From contig NC_135810.1 in assembly GCF_964213995.1 (NCBI RefSeq), positions 118,854,001-118,918,000 on the forward strand: a stretch of DNA of 64,000 bases. Reading direction: 5' to 3'. The translations under genes and the position numbers were made by a program. A model generated the notes under the pieces. That model made no database searches. It was not told where the DNA came from and worked only from the letters and a program-made list of their open reading frames with translations. This DNA comes from Mustelus asterias (Eukaryota). This document shows, piece by piece, positions 1-10,739 of this stretch (its first letter is position 1; each line of letters starts with the position of its first letter).

Positions 1-280
1 AATATACCAAGAGTCATTCTCATAGAAATATTATCCTGGCCAGAGTCATTCCCATGGAAAATGTACCCTGGTTAGAGTCTTCCCATGGGAACTATATCAT
101 AGCAAGAATCATTCCCATGGGAACTGTGTTCTGGTAAGAATCAATCCCATGGGAATTTTATCCTTGTAAGAGTTACCCCATGGGATTTGTATCCTGGTAC
201 AGTTATTGCAATGGGAACAGTATCCTCGTAAGAATCTTTTCCATGGGAACTGTATCCTGGTAAGAGTTATTTCCATGGGG
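1..280. repeat. Degenerate ~32-bp tandem repeat with palindromic TTCCCATGGGAA core
   Basis: CCATGG-like cores near 51, 82, 114, 146, 177, 208, 240, 272. Truncated by the window edge. Confidence 0.8.
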
Positions 281-699
281 TCAGAAGAGGAAATTGGAAG
301 GGATGGAAACATTCAGGAAGTCACTGGTCTTGACTGATGACAAAAGAATTTTTCGAGTGTCATGTTTCCCCAGTCCCCAGTGCAGTAAAAACAAGCATCT
401 CCCTGGACTGTAGATACAAACCACATGAAACACGTCTCTTGTTTGAGATGACAAAAAGCCTACGCAACTGGAAATGACTGAATTCACGAGCCCAACTGAC
501 AGGTTTGAGTTGAGCTGACGTAACTCCCTTTTTTCCACATTGGGTAGAGGTTGACACTTGTGGGAGAGCATCAAAGCTAAAAGCAAATTAACTAAATCTG
601 TCCTTTCACCTCAAGCATGTTTCCAGACTGGGCTCGGTTGAAAGCTTTTTCAGTCTGAGTCAGAACATAATGATTTCAAGCCCTGCTCTTGAGACCTAT

Positions 700-3000
700 G
701 GGCATAATAATTTTAGCAAGACCTCCCTATTTTTATGCTCCAACCCCTTTGAAATAACGGCCAACATTCCATTTACCTTCCCTGTTCAATTTGCATGCTA
801 GCTTTTTGTGATTTATGCATGAGGACCCCCCAATGCTTTCTGCAGTTTTTCTCTATTTAAATAATATTCAGCTCCTTTATTCTTCTTACCAAAGTACAGG
901 CATTCGCATTTTCCTACATCGTATTCCATCTGTCAAGCTTTTGCACACTCGCCTAACCTGTTTATATCCCTCAGGAAACCTTCTGTGTCACCCTCACCAT
1001 TTGCCTCCCTACCTCGAACCATAGAACCATAGAAAATTACAGCTCAGAAACAGGCCTTTTGGCCCTTCTTGTCTGTGCCGAACCATTTTATGCCTAGTCC
1101 CACTGACCTGCACTTGGACCATATCCCTCCACACCCCTCTCATCCATGAACCCGTCCAAGTTTTTCTTAAATGTTACCACTTTATCCGGCAGCTCATTCC
1201 ACACTCCCACCACTCTCTGCGTGAAGAAGCCCCCCCTAATATTCCCTTTAAACTTTTCTCCTTTCACCCTTAACCCATGCCCTCTGGTTTTTTTCTCCCC
1301 TAGCCTCAGCGGAAAAAGCCTGCTTGCATTCACTCTATCTATACCCATCAAAATCTTATACACCTCTATCAAATCTCCCCTCAATCTTCTACGCTCCAGG
1401 GAATAAAGTCCCAACCTATTCAATCTCTCTCTGTAACTCAGCTTCTCTAGATGACACCTAGTTTGTGTCATCTACAAACTTGGCAATAGTACATTCATTT
1501 CCTTCGTCCAAGTCATTAATATATATTGTAAATAATCGTGGCCCCAGCATTGATCCACTCCACTAGCCACTCCACTAGTTATCCTGAAAATGTCCCTCTT
1601 ATCCCAACTCTCTGCCTTCTATTAGTTAGCCAATCCTCTATCCGTGCTGATATACGACCCCAACCACCATGGGCTCTTATCTTATTCAGTACTTTTTGTG
1701 CAGTACCTTATCAAATGCTTTTTGGAAATCCAAGTATATTACATCTACTGGTTCCCCTTTATCTACCCTGCTTGTTATCACCCCAAGAAGTTGAATACGT
1801 TTGATTTTCCCTTCATGAAGCCATGCCGACCCTCTGTGATTATATTATGTATTGCTAAATACGCTGCTATTACATCCTTTATAGTGGACTCTAACATTTA
1901 CCCAATGACAGATGTTAAGTTAACTGGCCTAAGGTTACCTGTTTTTGGCTCCCTCCCTTTCTGAATACAAGTGTTACATTTGCAGATTTCCAATCCTCTG
2001 GAATGTTTCCTGAATTTAAGGATTATTGGAAGATAATTGGAACAAAATACCCTCAATTTTGTTCCAATTATTTATCTTCTCAGTTCTCTTGGATTTAACA
2101 ACGCTATTTCCTGCACTACCTCACAGTCACAACCAGTGCATCCACGATCTGTGTAGCTACTTCCTTTAATATCCTGGGTTGCAACGCATCAGGTCCGGGG
2201 GACTTATCGACCTTTAGCCACAATAGTTTCCCTAGTATTTTTTTCCCTCATGACTGTTACTGTATTTATTTCCTCCCCTCTTTTGCCCCTTGGTTATTTA
2301 GTAATTTTGGAATTTTAGTGAGGACGGATTCAGAATATTTAACTCCTCTGCCATTTACTGGTTCCCCATTTTTATTTCCTCAGTCTCCTTCTCTAGGGGC
2401 CTATGTTCTCTTTGGCCTTTATATATTTAAACAAGTTCTTACTGTTCATTTTTACATTACTTGCTAGTTTACCTTCATAGTTTATCTTTTCACTCTTTAT
2501 TTTTAATCATCTTTTGTTGGTTTTTAAAACTTCCCCAATCCTCCGGCTTACCACTATTCTTTACAACATTGTACTTCTTTTTTCTTTCAGTTTAATATTA
2601 TCCTTAACTTCCTTGGTTAACCATGGTTGATTTATCCCTTTCCTAGAATCTTTCTTTCTCACTGGGATATTTCTTTGTTGTGAATCATGAACTATTTTCA
2701 GAAACATCTTCCGTTGCTGATCGATCGTCTTTCCTGCTAAACTCCTTTCCCAGTCGTTCCAGCCAACTCTGCCCTCATTCCTGTATAATTGCCCTTATTT
2801 AAGTGTAGCACAGTTGTTTCTGACCCATGTTTCTCACTCTCAAACTGAATGCTACTGTGTTATAGCCACTGTTTGTTATCAGATCTTTTATGCTGAGCTA
2901 ATTAATTAAACTTGCTTCATTCCACATTACCAGATCCAAAATAACCCGCTGCCTGGTTGGATGCACAACATATTGATCTCAGCACCTGTCCCAAATACAT
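700..3000 (-). mobile_element. Old degraded CR1 LINE with a younger CR1 3' fragment (1016-1450) nested inside
   Basis: ORF 1094..1471(-) has LERRRLRGDLIEVYK...FFTQRVV, typical of the CR1 ORF2 C-terminus, with an (accataga)n tail. Flanks show decayed RT sequence (reverse of NYRPVSLTSV). Confidence 0.8.
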
Positions 3001-3235
3001 GCTATGAGTTCTTCTCGCTCACAACACCAGGGACCCGGATTGGGTGGCTGTCTGTGGGGAGTTTGCATGTTCTCCCCAAATCTGCGTGGGTTTCCTTCGG
3101 GTGCTCCGGTTTACTCCCACAGTCCAAAGATGTGCGGGTTACATGGATTGGCCAGACTAAATTGCCCCATAATGTCCCAAAGGTGTGTAGGTTAGGTAGA
3201 TTAGCCATGGCAAATGCATGGGGTTGGAGGGATAG

Positions 3236-4792
3236 TCATGATGTGGAGATGCCGGCATTGGATTGGGCTAGACACAGTATGAAGTCTCACAACACCAGGT
3301 TAAAGTCCAATAGGTTTATTTGGTAGCAAAAGCCACTAGCTTTCGGAGCGCTGCTCCTTCGTCAGGTAAGTGGGAGTTCTGTTCACAAACAGGGCATATA
3401 AAGATACAAACCCAATTTACAAAATAATGGTTGGTATGTGAGTCTTTTACAGACGCAAAAGCCCAGTCTGCAGGTCCAACAGGTGATCAAGAAGGCAAAT
3501 GGGATGTTGGCCTATATCGCGAGGGGGATAGAATATAAAAGCAGGGATGTCTTGATGCACCAGTACAGGGCATTGGTGAGGCCGCAGCTGGAATACTGTG
3601 TGCAGTATTGGTCCCCTTATATGAGGAAGGATATATTGGCATTGGAGGGAGTGCAGAGAAGGTTCACCAGGTTGATACCGGAGATGAGGGGTTTGGATTA
3701 TGAGGAGAGGCTGAGGAGATTGGGTTTGTACTCGTTGGAGTTTAGAAGGATGAGGGGGGATCTTATGGAGACTTATAAGATAATGCGGGGGCTGGATAGG
3801 GTGGAGGCGGAGAGATTCTTTCCACTTAGTAAGGAAGTTAAAACTAGAGGACACAGCCTCAAAATAAAGGGGGGTTGGTTTAAGACAGAGTTGAGGAGGA
3901 ACTTCTTCTCCCAGAGGGTGGTGAATCTCTGGAATTCTCTGCCCACTGAGGTGGTGGAGGCTACCTCGCTGAATATGTTTAAAGCGCGGATGGATGGATT
4001 CCTGATCGGTAAGGGAATTAAGGGTTATGGGGATCAGGCGGGTAAGTGGTACTGATCCACATCAGATCAGCCATGATCTTATTGAATGGCAGGGCAGGCT
4101 CGAAGGGCTAGATGGCCTACTCCTGCTCCTATTTCTTATGTTCTTAATCAAGTCTTAAAGGTACAGACAATGTGAGTGGAGAGAGGGTTAAGCACAGGTT
4201 AAAGAGATGTGTATTGTCTCCAGCCAGGAGGCTGGTTGAGGCCGTCCTCATGTGTGCGGAACCTGGCTATCAGTTTCATTCAATGAACACCGCTCGACAA
4301 TCACCAGGTAAGAATGTTCTCTTCCTATTGGGGAAGACTTCAGCGGTCACGGGCATTCAGTCTCTGATCTTCGGGTAAGCGTTGTCCAAGGCGGCCTTCA
4401 CGACACACGACAATGCAGAGTCGCTGAGCAGAGACTGATAGACAAGTTCCGCACACATGAGGACAGCCTCAATATGTCACACTATCTGTAACCCCCACGA
4501 CTTGCCTGGGTTTGCAAAATCTCACTAACTGTCCTGGCTGGATACAATACACATCTTTTCAAACTGTGCTTAACCCTCTCTCCACTCACATTGTCTGTAC
4601 CTTTAAGACTTGATTACCTGTAAAGACTCGCATTCCAACAATTATTTTGTAAATTGAGTTTGTGTCTTTATATGCCTTGTTTGTGAACAGAACTCCCACT
4701 TACCTGACAAAGGAGCAGAGCTCCGAAAGCTAGTGGCTTTTGCTAACAAATAAACCTGTTGGACTTTAACCTGGTGTTGTGAGACTTCTTAC
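3236..4792. mobile_element. Penelope-like element with inverted termini, interrupted by a CR1 (3452-4146, +)
   Basis: Inverted terminal sequences (agtctcacaacaccagg / cctggtgttgtgagact), EN C-terminal relic (AEQRLIDKFRTHEDSLN) and hammerhead motifs. Flanking duplication TTGGAGGGATAG (3224-3235, 4793-4804) inside an HE1 SINE. Confidence 0.8.
3452..4146 (+). mobile_element. CR1 LINE 3' fragment
   Basis: ORF 3438..4055 reads RPQLEYCVQYWSP...LEFRRMRGDL; 3' microsatellite tail. Confidence 0.9.
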
Positions 4793-4839
4793 TTGGAGGG
4801 ATAGGACAGAAGGTATTTGCCCAGAAGGAGCTTTTCCTT

Positions 4840-6054
4840 TATAGACAGTAAAAATACAAGACTTACTCCAACTTATAAATCAAAGAAAAGGTTTAATAAA
4901 GAAACTTCATGACTCCAAATTTGACACCTCACCCTGAGCCATTCCAAGCAATTTAACAATTCTCAAACGGTTCTTATTTATACTGAGTCAGCTGGTCAGC
5001 TGACCACTGTTAGCGCGAGTGGGCGAACACGACCACTTCGGACTCAGAGTCAGATTCAACAGCGGTTCAGCTTTATTAACGTCGACGGAGGTGCAATCAG
5101 GACATACAAACAGCACTGTCCCGAAAGCACTCTGAAAGCCTGCCGCAATGGGCTAGTTATACTCGAACTTTGACACTTTGTATGATTCAAATGTTTATAG
5201 AAATCATACAGTGCAGAAAGAGGCCATTTGACCCATCGAGTCTGCACCAACCACAATCCCACCCAGGCCCTACCCCCATATCCCTACATATTTTACCCAC
5301 TAATCCCCCTAACCTACGCATCTCAGAACACTAAGGGGCAATTTTAGCATGGCCAATCAACCTAACCCGCACATCTTTGGACTGTGGGAGGAAACCGGAG
5401 CACCCGGAGGAAACCCACGCAGACACGAGGAGAATGTGCAAACTCCACACAGACAGTGACCCAAGCCGGGAATCGAACCCAGGTCCCTGGAGCTGTGAAG
5501 CAGCAGTGCTAACCACTGTGCTACCGTGCCGCCCATTTTGTTAATGTTTTGTTTACAGTATTTGACTCTGACCATTCTGTGGTTGATGTGTAAATGGGTT
5601 GTTTATGGTGTTCTGATATGGTCATCCTGTTTAATGGGTTTTTAGGTGCGGAGTTGATGTGTTAAGTCTGGTGATTGCCCAGTGTGGGGAGGTGATAATT
5701 GTCTGAGATCTCCGGGGTTTCTTGGACAATAGGTGTTTTATCAGGAAGTTTTTCATGTCTAGGAGACCTTCTGTTTGATAAGGGCTTCCTGATATCCTTG
5801 GGGCCAATTTAATTAAATGGAAGGTTATGCTAATGTGAGTTCCTGAGTCCCTTTGTCAGCCTTGTTTCTGCATTTTAAAAGACCTGCTTGTCTGTTCACA
5901 CTTTGTGCCTGGGTGCTGCTTTGTCCTGTTTCATTTATTTGATTTTATTCTAAGAAATATTTAATCTAAGGAATCACAGAAATTTGTGTCCGCTTACACC
6001 ATCAGATCATTTTGTCATTGGTTACATGGTTTACTGGGTCAGCTGACCCCTTAC
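4840..6054 (-). mobile_element. Probable solo LTR of another ERV family, split by an HE1 SINE (5198-5534)
   Basis: Minus strand begins TGTAAGGG like the intact ERV LTR. GTATAAATAA is followed ~80 nt later by ATTAAA near the far end. ~880 bp without the SINE; flanks cctt/gctt (3/4 match). Confidence 0.45.
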
Positions 6055-6949
6055 AGCTTGTTGCCATTGATCACATTACAACAGATACAATGTTGTCACC
6101 AGTTACATTCTAACAGAGGGGAGGTCTGGGTGGGATGCTTTGTCGGAGAGTCAGTGTAGACTCGATGGGCTGGATGGCCTCTTCCTGCACATTAGGGATC
6201 CTATGATTCTCTGATACAGTATAGCTACTATTAGGGACCACATAGGCAACTGAAGAAGTGTTGCAATGTGGGAGATGCCATAATTTGGATGAGATCCCAC
6301 CCAGCGTGCCGAGAAGGATGCGAAAAATTAACAATTGTACGCTGAGGTAGGAATGGAATTGTGGGATCCTCCTATGCCTGTCTCTGACAAGAACAAAGAA
6401 CAAAGAACAATACAGCACAGGAACAGGCCCTTCGGCCCTCCAAGCCCGCGCCGCTCCCCGGTCCAGGATTGAATCCTGAATCCAGGATCCCCGCCCAATT
6501 TTCCAGCCTATCTACATCCTAATATCCTATCCACCGAGCTGTCCCTCACAGCTACGATGCTTTGTTCATCACAACCTATTAACTCACCCCCACCCCCCCA
6601 TTCCAGACCATGTGATCTCCAGGGAGAGGCGAAAACCCAGAGTGAAAACCCCAGGGCCAATATGGGGGAAAAAAAATCTGGGAAATTCCTCTCCGACCCC
6701 CTGAGGCGATCGAAACGAGTCCAGGAGATCACACTGGCCCTGATCAGAAAATGCTTCCCAACCCTATTCATTTCCACTTCTGCTTTACGAACACCATCTG
6801 AATTCCCTGCCCCCGAGACAGGTTCCCAACTATCCACAGTCTCGCTCTGTACTGGCACCAGCAAGATGATCATAGAATGAAGCCTTGAAACGAGAAACAA
6901 AGAACAATTAGCCCGCACCGCTCCCTGGTCCAAACTAGACCACTCTTTT

Positions 6950-7791
6950 AGAACATAGAACATAGAAAGCCACAGCACAAACAGGCCCTTCGGCCCACAA
7001 GTTGCGCCGATCACATCCCCACCTCTAGGCCTATCTATAGCCCTCAATCCCATTAAATCCCATGTACTCATCCAGAAGTCTCTTAAAAGACCCCAACGAG
7101 TTTGCCTCCACCACCACCGACGTCAGCCGATTCCACTCACCCACCACCCTCTGAGTGAAAAACTTACCCCTGACATCCCCCCTGTACCTACCCCCCAGCA
7201 CCTTAAACCTGTGTCCTCTCGTAGCAACCATTTCAGCCCTTGGAAATAGCCTCTGAGAGTCCACCCTATCCAGACCCCTCAACATCTTGTAAACCTCTAT
7301 CAGGTCACCTCTCATCCTTCGTCTCTCCAGGGAGAAGAGACCAAGCTCCCTCAACCTATCCTCATAAGGCATGCCCCCCAATCCAGGCAACATCCTTGTA
7401 AATCTCCTCTGCACCCTTTCAATGGCTTCAACATCTTTCCTGTAATGAGGTGACCAGAACTGCGCGCAGTACTCCAAGTGGGGTCTAACCAGGGTCCTAT
7501 AAAGCTGCAGCATTATCTCCCGACTCCTAAACTCAATCCCTCGATTAATGAAGGCTAGTACGCCATACGCCTTCTTGACCGCATCCTCCACCTGCGAGGC
7601 CGATTTAAGAGTCCTATGGACCCGGACCCCAAGGTCCTTCTGATCCTCTACACTGCTAAGAATGGTACCCTTCATTTTATACTGCTGCTCCATCCCATTG
7701 GATCTGCCAAAATGGATCACTACACACTTATCCGGGTTGAAGTCCATCTGCCACTTCTCCGCCCAGTCTTGCATTCTATCTATGTCTCGCC
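6950..7791 (-). mobile_element. Young 5'-truncated CR1 LINE nested in another CR1 (6390-6949 plus 8021-8327)
   Basis: Intact 247-aa ORF2 C-terminus and (gaacata)n tail. Host element rejoins across the insertion (ctagaccactctttt | ttttgtatccc). Confidence 0.92.
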
Positions 7792-8020
7792 TTGCATTCT
7801 TTCTATGTCTCGCCTTGCATTCTATCTATGTCTCGCCTTGCATTCTATCTATGTCTCGCCTTGCATTCTATCTATGTCTCGCCTTGCATTCTATCTATGT
7901 CTCGCCTTGCATTCTATCTATGTCTCGCCTTGCATTCTATCTATGTCTCGCCTTGCATTCTATCTATGTCTCGCGTTGCATTCTATCTATGTCTCGCCTT
8001 GCATTCTATCTATGTCTCGC
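7769..8020. repeat. 23-bp tandem repeat x11 (TTGCATTCTATCTATGTCTCGCC)
   Basis: Near-perfect units. The unit is the 5'-most sequence of the adjacent minus-strand CR1 (codes RDIDRMQ). Confidence 0.97.
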
Positions 8021-8482
8021 TTTTGTATCCCTCCATTCCCACTCCGTTCATATAGCTGTCTAGATAAGTCTTAAACGTTCCCAGTGTGTCCGCCTCCACC
8101 ACCTTGCCCGGCAACACATTCCAGGCCCCCACGACCCTCTGTGTAAAATATGTCCTTCTGATATCTGTGTTAAACCTCCCCCCCTTCACCTTGAACCCAT
8201 GACTCCTCGTGAACGTCGCCACCGACCCGGGGAAAAGCTTCCCACCGTTCACCCTATCTATGCCTTTCATAATTTTATACGCCTCTATTAAGTCTCCCCT
8301 CATCCTCCATCTTTCCAAGGAGAACATCTGTTGCTGGAGATGGTAATATGAATAAGCTATAACAGTGTGACTTACAGTATCCTAATGAATTCTATTACAT
8401 CCATCATGACTTGTCATCAAGTCATTTAGAAGCAGCTTTTAAAAGCTGATTGCAAAAGTCAGGTGCAGTTGTAGAATCTTAA

Positions 8483-8802
8483 CAAATGGCCTCTTTCAAC
8501 ACTGCACCATTTTAATGATGTGGAGATGCCGGCGTTGGACTGGGGTGGGCACAGTAAAAAGTCTCACAACACCAGGTTAAAGTCCAACAGATTTATTTGG
8601 AATCATGAGCTTTCGGAGCTCTGCCCCTTCCTCAGGTGAGTCAGTTCATCAGGTGAAGGAGTGGCGCTCTGAAAGCTCGTGATACCAAATAAACCTGTTG
8701 GACTTTAACCTGGTGTTGTGAGACTTCTTACTGTGCCCACCCCAGTCCAACGCCGGCATCTCCACATCATTAAAATGGTGCAGTGTTGAAAGAGGCCATT
8801 TG
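8483..8802. mobile_element. Palindromic Penelope-terminus element including inverted flanking DNA
   Basis: Two ~150-bp arms that are reverse complements; hammerhead-like core near the centre. Confidence 0.85.
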
Positions 8803-10739
8803 GTTCATCACACCTGTGGCAGCTCTCTGAAAGGGTGGTTAATTAGTGCCACCCTGCCAGCGCCCCCTTTGTTCCCTTCCTTCAGCCCGTCCCAAACGAT
8901 TTTTCTGCTTGACATAAATATCCAGTCCTCGTTTGGGAGCTATCATGGAGCCTTGGCACACTGCCCTTTCCATACTGTAGAACCATAGAATCCCTACAGT
9001 GCAGAAAGAGGCCGTTTGACCCATCACGTCTGCACCGACTCTCCGAAAGAGCATCCCCCCTACACCCTCCCTTCTATCCCCATGCATTTACCACGACCAA
9101 TGCACCTAACCTGCGCATCTTTGGACTGTGGGCGGAAACCGGAACACCCGGAGGAAACCCACGCAGACACGGGGAGAACATGCAGACTCCGCACAGACAG
9201 TCACCCGAGTCCGGGATTGAACTCAGGTCCCTGGCGCTGAGAGGCAGCAGTGCTAACCACTGTGCTACCTTTCAGATCGTGACAATTGACTGAGGAGAGA
9301 AACTCTTCCGCATCTCTTGGCGTTTTTGATTTCCTCTGGTTTCCAGTGCTCGGGCCCGTGAAACCAGGTTCTCCCTGTCTCCCGCTTACCAAAACCTCAC
9401 CTCTATTAAAGCTCCCTTTAAGCTTTCCTGTTCTCTGCAGAACAATTCCAGCCCCCCCCCCCCGTGTCTCTCTCCATAAACAGACATCCCTCATCCCGGA
9501 TGCCATTCCGGTAACTCTCTGGTCACAACCCCGGTTTGTGAGGACAATGATTAGAATTCCACTTGGTCTGCCTCGCCGTACATGTGGAAACATTGTGAAG
9601 GTTTCAGAGATCCTCCCCTGTGCATTTTGAAAGTTTGGTGGTGGAACCGATGGTGCGTGACACATTGTCAAAGTTTTGTGACGAGTCCGTGTCACTTCCT
9701 AAGTCCGTGTGGTTTTCACACTTTTAAAGATGCTTCAGTTTTAGTCCATTTTCCTGTTTCTGGGGAAATCGATTGTGCAAAAGCAGAGTAGGTGTTTATA
9801 CAAAGAACAACAAAGAGAACAAAGAACAGTACAGCACAGGAACAGGCCCTTCGACCCTCCAAGCCAATCATGATGCCTGCCTAAACTAAAACTGTACGCA
9901 CTTACAGAGTCCGTATCCTCCCATTCCCATCCTATTCATGTATTCATCTAGCTGCCCCTTAAATGCCGCTATCGTACCTGCTCCCACCACCTCCCCGGGC
10001 AGCGCGTTCCAGGCATTCACCATCCTCTGTGTAAAAAAACTTGCCTCACACATCTCCTCTAAACTTTACCCCACGCACCTGAAACCCATGTCCCCGAGTA
10101 CTTGACTTTTCTACTCTAGGAAAGAGCCACTCTGTCCATGCCTCTCATAATCTTATAAGTGCCTCTCACATCCCAATGCACTTTCGAGGTCACTGTTGTA
10201 ATGTGGACAGCCAATTTGCCCATAGCAAAGCCCCATAAACAGCAGACAGGTAAAGAACCAGGCAATCTGTTGCTAACTAAGGGACAAATGTTTGTCAGGA
10301 CACTGGGGAGAGAACTCCGGCTCTTTTTTAAATGAGTACCAATGGGTTATTCCACATTCATTGGAGAGGATAGATAGTTTAATGTCTTATCATAGAAATC
10401 ATAGAAACTCGACAGCACAGAAAGAGGCCATTCGGCCCATCGAGTCTGCACCGACCACAATCCCACCCAGGCCCTACCCCCATATCCCTACATATTTACC
10501 CACTAATCCCTCTAACCTACGCATCCCAGGACACAAAGGGCAATTTTAGCGTGGCCAATCAACCTAACCCGCACATCTTTGGACTGTGGGAGGAAACCGG
10601 AGCACCCGGAGGAAACCCACGCAGACACGAGGAGAATGTGCAAACTCCGCACAGACAGTGACCCAAGCCGGGATCGAACCCAGGTCCCTGGAGCTGTGAA
10701 GCAGCAGTGCTAACCACTGTGCTACCGTGCCGCCCTGAG

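Noticed and set aside
5331-5575. Recurrent small ORFs (MVSTAASQLQGPGFDSR..., GHCLCGVCTFS...) and tRNA-like boxes
   Set aside because: Translations of HE1 SINEs; the A/B boxes are SINE heads, not tRNA genes.
7769-8020. CRISPR-like array
   Set aside because: Contiguous identical units with no spacers, in a vertebrate context with no cas genes.
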